A stretch of 64,000 bases of DNA from Chiloscyllium plagiosum (GCF_004010195.1 NC_057718.1:102284079-102348078), one strand, 5' to 3'. Shown: positions 34,701 through 48,078, counted from the first letter of the stretch. A program made the numbers and translations. Notes: generated by a model not told the origin, from the sequence alone.

Positions 34701-37700
34701 CTACCACTGCACCATAAGGCTTATTACTACAACAACATACATCTACAGAATTCAAACAGCCAAGACAGCTCAACATTTACAGCATGAAGCTTTAAAGTTA
34801 AATAGTTGTTTCAAAATGTAAACAAAACAAAAAAAAATCCCATTCCTGGGCCAATGATTTGGAATTATATAAAGTCTTTATTCCCTTTAAATTCATTCTA
34901 GGAATGTGAGAACTAATGACATTTATTGTCAACCCATGTCTCTTCAACAGGCAATTCAGAGTACAACACTTTCCACCTCACCCCTTTACTGGTTGCCCTA
35001 TTGGTTTCCCTCACTCTTTACCATATTTATCTGCACTTTTTCTGCCAACGTTGGAAGTTTTGGTTGTACCAGATTGCACTCATCTCTGTGTCATCCACCC
35101 CCAACATTATCACACCTGTACATCTTCATTCCAAGTTCATATCTGCTCTAAACATCGACATAGCCTGAAGGTAAACTCTCAGTTGATGACCATATATATT
35201 TGCACCCTGCTCTGCCAACATTGACTGCTCCAACTTATTCCACCCAGACTACATGGAAATATGGAAGACTGGTCGCTTCCTTCACTTACACTTGGTCCCA
35301 ACTCTTGATGGAAGCTTTGTCTCCATTCCTGTTTTCCTCAACACCACTCCACAAGATCAAAAATCCATCTGTCTTCTTAGCCTTGAATATACACAGTGAC
35401 CTAACCTCCACAGTCCTCTGGCACAAAGAATTCCATAAATTTACTACCCTTAGTGAAGAAATTTCTCCTCAACTCAGTCTTAAATGTGAGATTCCTTATT
35501 CTAGGATGATGTTCTCTCACCCTCAAGAGGTAACAGCCTTTCTGCATCTACTCTGTCAAGTCCTCTAAAGAATCTTAAAAGTTTCAAGAAGGTCACCTCT
35601 CATTCCTCTGTTCTAACAAGCACATACCCAACCTATCAACCAGTCCTAAGAGAGTCCCTCTACACTTGGTATCAGCCTGGTACTTGCATTCCAAACATTA
35701 CCCATTCTCAAGGTTGCCCACTGCTTCACTGAGATCCCTCAATCTGATTTTTCAACCATCATTTCTAACTCCAAAGAGCCTTGATGTACATATCTTGAGC
35801 CACTGCAGTTAATTAACATGTGTTCTGAAAGATATAATCCAGCAATTGCCTGAGATTCTTGTGCTAACATTACTGGCTCAGAGATCTGGCATCCGCTTGC
35901 TCTGGTTTCACTTAGATTTATATTCCTGGAGGCATTCATTCCCAATCTTCTTCACTTTCTCTTGAATTGTGCAACTTGTGTCTATCATATTACAAACTGT
36001 GCTCCCAATTCTAAGTTACCAGCATAGTGAAGCCAAAAGGATTTTTAAAAAAATAAATGTTGTGTGTAAATTCTCTTCTTCAATTGCAAATTTTGCTGAC
36101 AACTCCTATTTGAATTCCTGCTTTCACATCTTCAGCAGTTGCTACTGAATTTTCTAAAGTTTTTTTTAATCATTGAAAAGTTTGCTTGGTAACTTCCTTT
36201 AAATCTTCAAATGTAATCTGTTTCACTCCTCAAGCAAAACACAAGGATTAGTACTTGAAAGATGCAACAGATACAGCCATACACACATTTCTAAAATGTG
36301 ATTATATTTATCTGTTAATATACAGATTGTTGATACCTGTAACAATTACTTCCATACATGCAGGGGGCTCTCCGAGGCTTGCTCTGCTCTACAGTTTGAA
36401 GAGTCTTTATGCCTTCTGCTGCTCCTGCTTCATCAGGAGCTGGCCTGCTGCTTTTATCCCTTATGTGAGGGGTCTCCAATGTCTGTGCACTCTTCTGCTC
36501 ACTTTGTCTGCTCATCAATTCCACTTCTTCCTCCTCCTCCTTCTCTTTAACATTCATTTCCCAGTCACTTAGCTCATGGGACCGCTGAGAATCAAGACCG
36601 TGTCGGTTTTTGGCTTCCCCACTATCACCGACCATCAATTTGTAATTACACCTGGAAGGTCCGTCGAGATTGTTCTTCTTTTCCTCTTTGCTTTTCGCAT
36701 TAGCAGAACTTGCACCTGGAATATTCACCTCAGTATTGTTCTAGGAGACACAGAATTGTAGCCATCTGTCACAGAAGATATTTACTTATTTTTGCGCAGA
36801 ATTATACAAAATTGCATAAAGAAAAATTATATGAAAGCACAATACAATGGATGCTGGAAATCTGAAATAAAAAGCTTAAATACTCAATTGGTCAGGCAGC
36901 AGCGAAGAGAGAAAGAGTCAATGTCTCAGAAATGGTCAAATTAGAGATCATAATTTCAAGCGACTACAAAGACAAAAACAGGAAAAGCCAAATAGAGGGA
37001 TGATAAAAATGAACTTCAGACCAGATTTAAAACAGAAAAAACTCTCCACCTAACATGTCAACTTTTCATTGTATTTCTCGCATTTATCTTCTTCATCATA
37101 GTTCACTGCTTTCAAGTTGGTGACATGACAACCATATGTACATATTAATGCTGACTTGTTTGATGATAGAGGGTACACACTCAAAGCATCAAAATCATTT
37201 TCTCTTCAGAGATGCTGACAAGCCTGTTATACATTTCCAACATATTGAGCTTTTACTTCAGCTCTGCAGATATTCCTTCTTCAAAGTACGAAAATAGATA
37301 TTTTAAAAACCCAATTTCAAAATACACAATTATTAATTTTTTGCCATTAAAAAAAAAGTATTCTCGATAAAATTTCATCATAAGGAGCTGATTTTTTTCC
37401 ATCAAGTTGCAAACTCAGAACGAAATGATGAACACTTCAAGAATATTACAGAAAATCCTTGATTAAGTAGGAAATTGAATACAGTCCTGAAATTAGGATT
37501 GGTAAAATTGGTAGGATTGTCCAGTTAAACCAAGATCCTGAGAATAGACTTTAAACTGGTCCCAGCTTGTTAAGGCAAACATGCTGCTCATTCATTACTT
37601 TAATACTAATGTTAAGCATGCAGAGCATAAATTATGAATCCCATACCTTGCTTTGGTCTTCATCTTTATTTGGTTGTGTTTTCCTTCTCCTACCTTTTTT

Positions 37701-37828
37701 CTCCTGTGGTTGATCTGTTGCTTCATTCTCTTGGACATTCTCACCAGACTTGTGTCTTTTTCTTCCTGGTTGTGTTACCTGAGTTTTTGTCTGCCCTGCA
37801 TCACCTCTTCCCTGCCCCATTGCATTTC
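22552..37828 (-). CDS. APLF: APLF (aprataxin and PNK-like factor), 3' part, six coding exons joined; 5' exons (FHA, Ku-binding motif) not seen in window
   Basis: Exons of 182, 404, 120, 47, 42 and 200 nt, all with AG acceptors, GT donors and compatible phases (1,0,2,2,1,1). The product has tandem PBZ motifs (CMYGSNCYRKNPLHFQELSH; CPFGTACYRKNPQHKKEYKH) and the APLF acidic tail (YDLNDSFIDDEEEDLEPTDEDSDWEP...EANRFVRNKK*). Confidence 0.95.
23716..23806 (+). mobile_element. Short hammerhead-family element in APLF intron
   Basis: tcccgaagaagggctcatgcccgaaacgtcgattc...; TSD cttccacatcaaat at 23702-23715 / 23807-23820. Confidence 0.82.
24694..24735 (-). CDS. APLF: APLF micro-exon (42 nt, phase 1-1, basic)
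   Basis: ataattttag|AAAGTGAATTC...CAAAAAG|gtaaga. Encodes (E)SEFRRPKRKGSQK; frame-preserving with a strong donor. Confidence 0.75.
25045..25450. mobile_element. Penelope-derived short element, inverted pair
   Basis: 25045-25131 is the reverse complement of the tail at 25388-25450; contains the motif at 25353-25391. Confidence 0.7.
25353..25391 (+). ncRNA. Minimal hammerhead ribozyme motif, second family
   Basis: agtt CTGATGA A GTGTC-ATCTA-GACTC GAAA CA TT agct. Core intact; one mismatch in stem II; stem I is agtt/agct. Confidence 0.55.
25478..25635. mobile_element. Tc1/mariner (pogo/Tigger-like) MITE
   Basis: Imperfect TIRs ta|cacaggaaccacgattat and ataatcgaggttcctctg; internal ttcgatta.ccga repeats. 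Confidence 0.7.
27110..27830 (-). mobile_element. CR1 LINE 3' fragment
   Basis: LYKALVRLHLEYCVQFWAP; RRLRGDLTETYKIM...LWNSLP. Confidence 0.9.
28263..28309 (-). CDS. APLF: APLF exon (47 nt): end of PBZ2
   Basis: cttctttacag|GAAGAATCCC...CCTCCAG|gtattg. Encodes KNPQHKKEYKHTQPP. Confidence 0.93.
29815..29934 (-). CDS. APLF: APLF exon (120 nt): end of PBZ1 and start of PBZ2
   Basis: ccttttcctcag|GAAAAATCC...TGCTATAG|gttagt. Encodes KNPLHFQELSHPGDPDYEELAGEEEDDDKPECPFGTACY; absent from the ORF track. Confidence 0.95.
30251..30568 (-). mobile_element. Young tRNA-derived SINE (HE1/V-SINE-like)
   Basis: Nearly identical to 20513-20830. Confidence 0.93.
32355..33460 (+). mobile_element. Penelope-like element 3' remnant (GIY-YIG endonuclease plus pseudo-LTR)
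   Basis: Frameshifted FKQPPNLKQI...RGEYSCDS...WYIGETKQRLRLWMNGH...LPVGEHFSGPGH, then a CA-rich tract and a terminal repeat with a decayed hammerhead motif (33374-33402). Confidence 0.88.
34356..34584. mobile_element. Tc1/mariner (pogo/Tigger-like) MITE
   Basis: TA|caggccattctgctataa ... ttatagcagagcgacctg|TA; internal gaaaatcacattgt repeats. Confidence 0.75.
36337..36740 (-). CDS. APLF: APLF internal exon (404 nt) ending in first half of PBZ1
   Basis: tgtgtctcctag|AACAATACT...TGTTACAG|gtatca. Encodes NNTEVNIPG...RRAPCMYGSNCY(R); overlaps ORF 36315-36728. Confidence 0.92.
37647..37828 (-). CDS. APLF: APLF internal exon (182 nt, basic/disordered linker)
   Basis: ttttactttag|GAAATGCA...CAAAGCAAG|gtatgg. 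Reads GNAMGQGRGD...KKGRRRKTQPNKDEDQSK; its phase 0 end matches the next exon. Confidence 0.85.
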
Positions 37829-37894
37829 CTAAAGTAAAATGAAGGCATAAAACCATGGATATGACAAAGTAGCCCAAAAATAACTGGAAATGCA

Positions 37895-38312
37895 AAGAAA
37901 GAACAAAGAACAATGAAAATTTACAGCCCAGGAACAGGCCCTTCGGCCCTCCAAGCCTGAGCCAATCCAAATGTACTGTTTAAACCTGTCGGTCAATTCC
38001 TAAGCATCTGTATCCCTCTACTCCCCACCTACTCATGCATTTGTCCAGACGCATCTAAATGAATCTACCGTGCCTGCCTCTACTACCTCTGCTGGCAACG
38101 CGTTCCAAACGCCCACTACCCTCATGTGAAGTACTTACCGTGTGTAGCCCCCTTTAACTTTCCACCTCTCATCTTGAAAGCGTGACCTCTCGTTATTGAA
38201 TCCTTCACCCTGGGAAAAAGCTTGTCTCTATCCACCCTGTCCATACCCTTCAGGATTTTGTAAACCTCAATCAGGTCCGCCCTCAATCTCCTTTTTTCTA
38301 ATGAAAATAAAC
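37895..38312 (-). mobile_element. CR1 LINE 3' fragment just upstream of an APLF exon
   Basis: LFSLEKRRLRADLIEVYKILKG; tail gggccgaagggcctgttcctg. Confidence 0.9.
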
Positions 38313-39399
38313 TAAGATGAACAGGGAAAGATACTTTCCAAAGATAACAGTTCCCAATAGATTCTGTCACTATCTCCACAACAGATGCACAAGTGGATGG
38401 TATATCGCTAATATAATAAAAAGCATTACATCAAATCTGGAAGGGAATGGCTTGTAAAGAAGCCATCATGATCATGCTGTGTATTGGTATCTGACAGAAT
38501 TAACATATTAATGACTGTTATATGATTGCATAGCAACCTTATGAAAAATACAACAGCTTTTGTTAACAATCTCAATGATTAGAAACATTGTTAAATGTCG
38601 AAACATCTTGCTGCACCATTATGTCACCGGATCATTTCGGAACTGAAACTTTGATTACTTTCAACAACTCACATTTGTTTTTTTTGACATACAGAAACAT
38701 GACAGCACCCAATAGGGAGAAGCAGGAGGGTTACTGGGGAAGAGGAGTTGTTTATTCAATCCTTAGCAGAGATTTACTTTTTATAACGTGGTATTTTCCT
38801 GCAGCAAATAAAGATGTCCCCCCAAAGAACTCAACATTCCTCATTGTTTCTCTTAGAACTCAGAAATAAATTTATCTTATTGGAGATATGCACCTCCCTC
38901 CCTTCAACTGCATAACTGGACAAACCAACAATAACGCCAAGGCAACAACTTAAGATATATTTTCTCCTTTCTCCATGTTCCATTTATTTATTTGAAATAA
39001 ACTGTCCAGAATTCATCGCATCAGACAAAGTTAGTTCATGTGCTTTGTGATTTTTAACACATTGTGTAATGCTGAGAATTCACCTTCAATGATACTTTGT
39101 TTAAACTAATGCTGGGCGTTCTATTTGGATTTGCAGCATGAATTATAAAATATTATTTCAGAGATTCAGCTTGGAGCTATGTGATAACTTACTTGTGAAA
39201 CTTGTTTATTTGCATGTCAATTCTTACATTTGACAAGTAACTTTTTAAAATTCAATCTATTTTATTTGATAAAAGCATCAAGATAAATAGCTTGAGGATG
39301 GTTGTCAAGATCTTTCAGAGTGTAATTTTTAATTAACAAAAGACAGCCATATGTTTAAATTGCAATTTTCACAAAACGCCTACACTGAAAAAGGAACAC

Positions 39400-40810
39400 A
39401 CTGAATTGCTGAAGGCACTGGAGACTGCAAAGGCTATAGGCCCTGGCAACATTCTGGCAATATTTGTGCCCCAGAACTAACCCAGCCTATCGCCAAGTTG
39501 CTCCAATACAGCTACAATACTGGCATCCACCTGACAATGTGGAAAATTGTCATGTATGTCCTGTGCACAAAAGGCAGGACAAATCCAACCAGGTCAATTA
39601 CCACCCCATCAGTCAATTCTCGATCATCAGTAACAGATGAGATCATCAATAGTTCTGTCAAGTGACGCTTATGAAGAAATAACCTGTACACTGACTAAGT
39701 TTGGGTTCCACCAGGATCATGAAGCTTCTGGCCTCATTAAACCTTGGTACAAACATGGACAAAACAGCTAAACTCCAAGAGTGAGATGACAGTGACTACC
39801 CCGGACATCAACACAGCATTTGGTTGAGAATAGCATCAAGGAGCCCTAGAAGGTAATCAGGGGTAGATCTTTTGGGGATTGGAGGAATACCTACCAAAAA
39901 AGATGTAGTTGGTGGAGGTCATCAACACAGTCACTGGACATCACTGTAGGACATTCAAAGGATCGTACCCTAGACTCAAAAATCTCAGTGGCTTCATTAA
40001 TGATCCTTACTCCATCCTAGCTCTGATGTGGGGATATTTGCTGATGACTACACAATATTCAGCACCATTCACGATACCTCAGCTACTGAAGCAGTCCAAA
40101 TCAATGTGGGCTAAGACCTGAACAACATTCACACTTAGACCGACAGGCAGAAGTAACATTCACAGAAGTACCAGACTATGACCATCACACCATGATATTC
40201 AACAATATTACTATCAAAGAGTTCCCCTCACCATCAATATCATGCAAATTGCTATTGGCCAAAACTGGTCACTGAACTGGACCAGCCATATAAAAACTGC
40301 AGCTATAAGAGCAGGTCAGAGTTTAGGAAGCTAATAGAGAGTAATTCACTTGTCAGTCAAAGCTTGCCCATCATCCAAAGGCACGAGTGATAGAATGCTC
40401 AACAACTGCCTGTATGAGTTCAGCCTCAAAAACACCCAAGAAGCTTGACACTATTCAGGACAGAGTGGCAGTAAAGTGCGTCTATTACCTTCAACATGCA
40501 CTTCCTTCATCACCAACAAGTGAAGGCAGTATGCACCATCTACAAGACATACTGCAGCATCACCCAGATTCTTTCGACAGTACCTTCCAAACCTACAACC
40601 TCCGCTACTTAGAAGGACAAAGGCTTAGGAACATCACCACTTGCAACTTCCCCTCTAAGTCACACACAATCCCTGACTTGGAAATTTATTGCATTTCCTT
40701 CACCCTTTGAGGTAAAACCCTAACACCACAAGGACTGCAGTGGCTCAAGGACGTGGCTCACATCGCAGCAATAAATGTTGGCTTAGCCAACACCACCCAA
40801 GTCTCATGAA
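39400..40810 (+). mobile_element. Decayed CR1/L2-group LINE, RT and 3' end
   Basis: Remnants of ...KRQDKSNQVNYHPISQFS..., ...GIFADD..., KKLDTIQD; tail shared with 11975-12225 (-) and 57270-57460 (+). Confidence 0.7.
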
Positions 40811-40845
40811 CAGAGGAAAAAAAAATGCTGCCAATGGATACATGT

Positions 40846-41450
40846 AGGCTGGGATTTTATCAGAGTGATGCAGGTTTCATCTAAGTTGGCGAACTCTCAG
40901 TTCTGTCAGGGTGGCTTGATGTAATCAAAATCCACTGTTGGGTCTTCGCTATGATTGAGGTTCCCAGATGTTTCATCCATCAAACAGAAGCAAGCAGCCT
41001 ATCTCATTGCCAGTACAGCAGGCCTGTCACTGTTGATGGCACCAATGTGGCACACCCCTCCCCCGCAGGCCAAATGTAAATAAAGGTGGGATGGGTGCAG
41101 GTACCTGGGAGCTGGAAGCAAAACCTGGGGATAGCTTTCAGCCCCCACCTGATGCAGGGTTCCTCAGGATGCCTGACCATGCTGAACTCCCACCTGAGAA
41201 AGCTGCTGGGGAGACCAAGGGTTCTCTGAGCCATTCCTAAATGAAGAGCTGCCATGTAATCCTTGAGCATCTGTTCAGAAATAATTGGCTCATCAGTGAT
41301 TCATCTGACATCCTGTCTCTGGTGGCTGGAATCCAAAATCACCCCCTTCTACTTTGCTGTAGCAGGAGACTGATGTAGGGTCTCTCCCAAGACGAGCTGG
41401 CCACAGTAGCCAAATGTTCTGCCACAACAGACAGTGTTAAAATCCAGCCT
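40846..41450. mobile_element. Non-autonomous DNA transposon (Harbinger-like TIRs)
   Basis: taggctgggatttta (40845-40859) versus taaaatccagccta (41438-41451). Confidence 0.6.
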
Positions 41451-41531
41451 ATTGTTTCACCATTATTTTTGCCAAAAATTAAAGGTCGATAATTCAAGGA
41501 ATTTAATGAAACAGATGGAAAAAACAAGTTT

Positions 41532-41534
<3 letters not shown>

Positions 41535-41588
<54 letters not shown>
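41535..41588. repeat. (AG)n microsatellite
   Basis: Perfect dinucleotide run. Confidence 0.98.
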
Positions 41589-41592
<4 letters not shown>

Positions 41593-42104
41593 TACAATGA
41601 CAAGTTCTCTCATTTAACTATAACAAAAAAAGAAATTTAAAAATCCTAAGTAATGGAAAAGCCATTAAGTAATATCGAGTGTAGTGTTTTGATCGCAGTA
41701 AAGTCTGTTGGAAAATAAAATATTCAGTCCAAGTGGAATAGTATTACAGGCTATTATGCACAATTTTAATCTGGCAAAAGCTAGCTATTATTTGGTTTTC
41801 AGTTAAAATGAAAACCTAAAAATGGCTATAATAACTAATATCATTTGGAAACTGTTGGATATGCTTGACTGCAGCCTCACAATTGGCTAACCTTTCCGAA
41901 GAGAAAAGGACTTATATTCAATAAAAAATTAGTTCTTTAGAGAAGAGATAGGGAATTCATAAGGCTTTTCTGAAAAGTATGTGTTTAAGAGTTTAAATAT
42001 AAGAACACTACATTTTGTTTAAATAAATTGAATGAATTGCATATAGTCCCTCTTCACACTAATTACCTCGTTATAGTATTGCCATTTACACACCAAGAGA
42101 TGTA

Positions 42105-42410
42105 TGGGATGGTGGCAATGTTACAGGATTAGTAATCTAAAGGGCCAAGGTAAATGCCTTGGCAACATGTTCAAATTCCACCATAAAAGGTGATGAAATT
42201 TAAATTCAATTAAGAAATTTGGAGTTGAAGGAAAATGAAAGTAAGAGCAACTATGAAAAACAACCACAGATTGTTGTAAAAACTCATTTCGTCCATGAAT
42301 CTCCTTTAGGGAAGTTTAAAAAGGTGTTATGCCTAGTCTGGCCTACATCTGACTCCAGATCTACAGCAACGTGGTCAACTCTTTAAATGCCTTCTGAAAT
42401 AACATTAAAG
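42105..42410 (+). mobile_element. Older SINE (DeuSINE/SacSINE1-like)
   Basis: Shares ttcaaat.ccacca...gaattcaat...tggcct.catgtgactcca.acccacagcaa with 48465-48805. Family name is from recall. Confidence 0.55.
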
Positions 42411-44559
42411 CAAAGTGTGTAACTTTACACCAGAATGTGATATGTCACAATGTCATGTAACTATCTCAAAGGTACTGGTCTGTAGTCTCAGTTATAATGC
42501 ATCTTCAAAACATCTCTCAAAAATATATATCTTTGACCATTCTTTTCATCGCTTCAACCCCTCACTTCATAATCTCAGTCCTGTTTTCCTCACTTCTTCT
42601 TTTTCCTCTTTCTTTGAAGTATTTCAGGACATTTATTCATTTAAACATACCTTCCAACCACAGGATTTGACAGGAGTTAGTTACATTGTCGAGTGTAGTG
42701 TCTGAGCAAACTTAAGCAACCTCCTTGTCTTGAGGCTGTTTTAAGTTGCTCCAAAGTCACTGTTGTGATTTTGGTAGTTGGTTCACTGTGGTTCAACATT
42801 CAATTCCAACAGATAATGCACACGGCACAATTTGGTTTCCATGATACGCAATTTTACTTAAAATGTCCTGAAGACAGTTACAAGGCTAGAGATGATGACT
42901 TGTCCTAATGATAGGATCCAGCTGCAGGGTCTGTTTTGGATTTTTCACTGGTATGTTTCTTACATACTTCATACAATTGATTACTTCTCAACATATATTT
43001 TAACGAGATCAGCACTGCAGCATGTTATCAATTTGCTGTTGAAGTAAAGAAAGCAACATAAAAGTACATAAAGCTCTGAAAACAAAATATCTCAACCTTC
43101 AGCTGCTGATCACCCCTATCTGCTGTTATTCTTTATGTATTCAAAACCACTAGAAAATCCCAGCAAATGAAATGCTATGCTAAAGGATTTACATCAAAAT
43201 GTTTATTCTATTCATCTTACATATGTTTTTAAAAAAAACAAAAACCCTTCCCTAAACAATAACCTATCCAGGAAAATTTTAGAAATCTGAGTCGGGCTAA
43301 TTTGCTGACAGAGTATGCTTCTTGTTCCGTCAAGTGAATTATTTGTGTTTTTGTCTTCCATGCAGAGATATTTGCACTAGCAGCAAGCTGCTTCAGTTAA
43401 ACCACAATTTCAGGTATTTTCATCTACAAAGGACAGATGTAAACAAGTAGTTGGTTGTGACTATTATAAATGGCCATATTACTATAATATGAAACTATTT
43501 TTACACTGTATCATTTACTTTACTAATGACATTTATTTTCAAATTGTATAATATCAGAATACATGATTTCCAAAGAAATCTGACTTCATTCATTGAAGGT
43601 CAAAACCAGAAATAATATCTTCTTTCTAATACAAAGTCACCAAAAATAGTTTCCACGCTCCACATTATATTCTTCTCAAGATCCTTACTGGACAGATCAG
43701 GTTGCAAACCTGAGGATTGTACAATTCAGTTTTGCACTAGAGGATAAACTTAACTAGAAAGCCACTGAAAGGTAAGTAATTCAATGCTATACCATTAACC
43801 TGAAAGAAAGCTAAATTTGCTTATTAGCCCAAGAACGATGGCAAACACAATTTCAAACAAAGCATTCTTTTTAAAAATCCACAGATGCAGAATGAAGCCT
43901 TCTTCTTCCTGGCTGTAAGAACTGTGTGAAAACAAACTGAGAATGCTTAACCTAATTTCTGATGGCTAAGGATTCACAGAATAAGTCTGTACCCTAACCA
44001 GCAGCAAACCAATAAACGTGCTTCATATAAAAATACTCGGTGTGTAAACTAATCAGATCACATTGGTGCAATGGGATACTCATCTCAGATTGGGGTTAAA
44101 ATAATAAGAATAGCGTAAAGAATGTTTGTAAGGCTGTATTTGTGCTAGGTGGAGCACTGTCCACATGCATGCAACATCAAAGCGTGGCTTTTAAATACAT
44201 GTCCTGCTGCAGAGCGCTATGCAATCTGAATAAATGTAAATGAGGTCACCAGGACAAAAGAATTGCAAGCATATCTGGGAGGAGCCCTTGGCAATTGTTT
44301 TCAAAGTGCTGAGTGAGTTTAGAATTTTGAATAAATAATTTCTGCTGTGTTTTAATATAACCTACGTACATCAATGTCATTTACCTAGCTCTGACTTTCA
44401 GTCAAGGGTGCTCTTTCTGTTCACTGAGAAAATATTAAATTCTACGATAGGGCATACAATAGCAGAGAATTTAGAAATACATTACATAATCTAATCAAGA
44501 TGACTCAACAGTGTATGATGAAGGGAATATTATACCTGACAAATATTAGATTCTTTAAG

Positions 44560-45625
44560 ATGCGACAAGCAGGAAAATTGGGAATTGGAAGTTGCAATAT
44601 ATTTGCATTATCAATAGGCGTACAGTAAAGTACCACAAATAAGGCCACATCATAAGGTGGGGTAATATATTAGTATAGATATAGAATTGGCTAACTAATA
44701 AAAGACTTGGGATAAAGGGATGCATTTTCAGGGTGGCGATCTTAACCACTGGAGTGTTGGAGCCTCAATTGCATAATAATAACAGATGAAGGGAATGAAT
44801 GTACTAAACCCAAGCTTTGAGATGACATCGAAGTAGGTAAGGCAGCAATTATTGAGGGTGACGAAATGAGTCTGCAAAGGGATATTGACAGATTAAGTGA
44901 GTGGGCAAAAATTCGACATGGAATTTAAGATGGAAAAATGAATTTTGGCAAGAGGAATAGAGAAGCAGAACATTAAAGTGGAGAAAAACTACAGAAAGCA
45001 GCACTGAGATGTGGGCTCCTCATGGACATTAGCTTTTTATGATTTGTGCAAGTTCAGCCAGTAATAGGGAAGGCCAATGGACAACTGGAAATGGAGCATA
45101 AAAGTAGGGAAGTCTTACTGAAATCATACAAGGTACTAGTTAAATCAAAGCTGGAATACTGAGAACAGTTATGTCCAATGAAAATTACACTGGCATTCAA
45201 GGCAGTTGCGAGAAAGAGAATTAGGTTGATTCTAGGTACAGAGGGATTTTCTTATAGTAGGAGAGATTCAGTAGTTTGTACTCATTGGAGTTTAAAGGTC
45301 TGAGGTGCAATCTTATTGAAATATGTAAGACTTTTAGCGGACTTGATTGTATAGATGTGGAAAGTACATTCAGACCCTTCATCTGTACATTCACTCTTGT
45401 TGGAGAGTATAGAACCAGAAGGTGTAATTCCAGAGTAAGCAATTACCCATCTAAGACAAAGATGGGAATGAACTTCTTTCAGAGGATATTGAATCTGTGG
45501 AATTCATTACCAGAGGGAATTGTAGAGACTGGGTATGATGACATTAAAGTTTTAGACAGATTTTTCACCTGTAAGGGAGTGAAATGTTACGGAGAAAAAA
45601 AAGCAGGAAAACAGAGTTGACGTTA
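44560..45625 (+). mobile_element. Decayed CR1 LINE fragment
   Basis: YSLEFKGLRCNLIEI...RILNLWNSLPE. Confidence 0.8.
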
Positions 45626-46617
45626 TCAGAATGCTGGAGATCTAAATCAAAAGTAGAAACAGAAATCGCTGGAGAAATTCAGCAGGACAGGCAGCATTAG
45701 ACATGGGCACATTGAATAGTGAAGCAGACTTGATGGGTGAAATGACCCATTTCTGGTTCTATATCTTAAGACCCACCAGCTTCCTGTTTTTAATTGTGGA
45801 AATAAGTCTGACTGATTTTACAATCTTTCAGCTTTTGTTTAACACCCTATTATTTGGCGCACTGGTGGTTTGCAACTTTGAGATGGCATCAAGAGCTTTT
45901 ACATTAAATACCTGTCAAGACATTCTTCCTATTAAAGCAAAGTACTGTGGAAACCAGAAACATGCTCTTCCTGTTTGAGCCTGTTGCAATTGCACTGTGG
46001 GTGCATCAATACATGCGCCAATGGATCATTGCCATTAAAAATACGCACTGTGCCCTATCATCTACTTTGGGAACACAGCTTGTGCAGCTTAGCATTTTAT
46101 ATGATGGTTGGAATAAATGACTAAACTGAGAAAGTTGTTGCACACGTCAGCCCACATCTCTCATCTAAAATACACTAACCTACCCAAAATCCACATTAGC
46201 TATACCGAAAAGCTTTACTCACTGCAATACTCATCAGATGAGATTTGATGTGGCTTCTTTAGAAAAATTCCTTAACCTTCTATTACAGAAATCTACATCG
46301 AAGTTTGTTAATTTTTTGAAGACAATGACACAAAAATCCAGCACATAGAAACTTCACAAATTTTAAAAGGAATTTACATCAGGAACATAGTTTTCTAAAG
46401 TATTTGGAGAACAAAACCCAAAGTAGACAATTGTAAAAAGCTATTTTAGTGAACGCTCATATGGTAACTATAAAAAGTGAATTTGATATACTGCTAAGTT
46501 TCTTGCATTACTTAAGTGACACTGAAAATCAGGATGATACTTCAACTAAAAAAAATGCATTATTTAAACTGAAGTGATCAATAAGCCAGTGAACCATAAC
46601 AGATAAGAAATATAAAC

Positions 46618-46790
46618 AAATTGCTGGCGAACCTCAGCAGGTCTGGCAAGGGGTTCTGAAGAAGGTCCACTGTACTCAAAGTGTTAAAGCTGCTGTCTCC
46701 CCACAGATGCTGCCAGTCCTGCTGACTTTCTCCAGCAATTTCTGTTTCTGCTTTTGATTTAGATCTCCAGCACTTTCAGTTCTTCATTTC
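46618..46790 (+). mobile_element. Decayed Penelope-derived short element with inverted 5' piece
   Basis: aaattgctggcgaacctcagcaggtctggca is complementary to tgccagtcctgctgactttctccagcaattt; ctgaagaagg... core remnant. Confidence 0.65.
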
Positions 46791-47906
46791 ATTTTCATGA
46801 TAGAAAGGTCCTGTAGCAAGCATACAGTAGAGTCAGCACTGCATAAGAGGTCAAACAATTTTACTATTGTTGCAACAGATATGCTTCTGTGCTTAATTTA
46901 AATTCAAAATTAAAATACAAATATAAACTATTGTAATTAATGTGCAATTCAATTGCTACCATCATTGAGCCAGAGTACCCATTGAAAAATGACTCAAAAC
47001 TATATTGAGAAGAATCAAATGGCAATTTTCAGCATTTTTAGAACTAATGTTCAAACCCAGCAACCTGTTTAAACAATACTGCCAGCAATACTTGAATTTA
47101 TACAAGCCAAATATGTTTACTGAAAGGCTCCAAATTTGTCATTTTAATTGCTTTAAAGATTAACAATCTTCCAATTTTACCAAAACAAAAGCAAACTCTT
47201 ATGCTGCACTTCAATTTCTGAAAGACTACCCATAAACGTCAAGCCACGTACATTCATAATGATGTGTGACTGCAGACAAGAGTTATTTAAGAACTGATGC
47301 CAAAACTAACCCATATTGCAAGAATAAATGGAGAATGATTCAATTATTGTAAAGCGCAATGGAAAAATAAAGCTTCCGCCCTTTTAAATCATTTAATGAA
47401 ATAGAACATGCCATTTATACAACAGACAGAAGCAAAGATGAATATTGCCTGGCTGGAGGTCATTGGTCTCAAGTTATATAAACTCTGACCCTCCTGGAAA
47501 AGTGCCCCAACACTGGAGTGATAATATTGAGTTTCATTATGATTCTCTGCATGATGGATCACCCTGGCTATATCAAACATTTCATACATTACAATAGGCC
47601 ACTGAGGTGACAAGGCAGAAAAGTGGATTTGCCTGCCACACATGCCACAAAACCATCCGGAAAAGAGAGGACATGTGAGGAAACCTTTTCCCCGAGATTA
47701 GCTGGTGAATTCTTTGCTATGAGTTCGAGAAAGTTAGATGACTGAAACTAACGTCAGTCAAAGATTTACTTACTCAAACTCAGCATTTTTGAAATTTGAA
47801 ACCTTTTAAATGATACAATGCCATCTTGATTTCTTGCTGTGATTATTACCAGTGCCTTCCCACCTTGGAATGTGTGTCTGACAACAAGAAATATGATAAA
47901 CTAGTA

Positions 47907-48078
47907 ATAAAAACAAACAACTGCGGATGCTAGAAATCTGAAACAAAAAGAAACTGCTGAAAACTCAGCAGGTAATAGACTCAGACTCAGAGTCATAAAG
48001 CATGGAAAGAGTCTAGCAGCATCTGTGGAAACAGAAACGAGAGTTAATGTTTCAAATGTGATATGACTCTTCTTCAGA
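47907..48078 (-). mobile_element. Decayed Penelope-derived short element
   Basis: Minus strand CTGAAGAAGAGTCATATCACATTTGAAACATTAACTC; flanked by near-duplicate gataaactagt / gataaaccagt. Confidence 0.65.

Noticed and set aside
46205..46240. Isolated CTGATGA matches (also near 16414, 31106 and 57810)
   Set aside because: No stem II followed by GAAA and NUH; chance matches.
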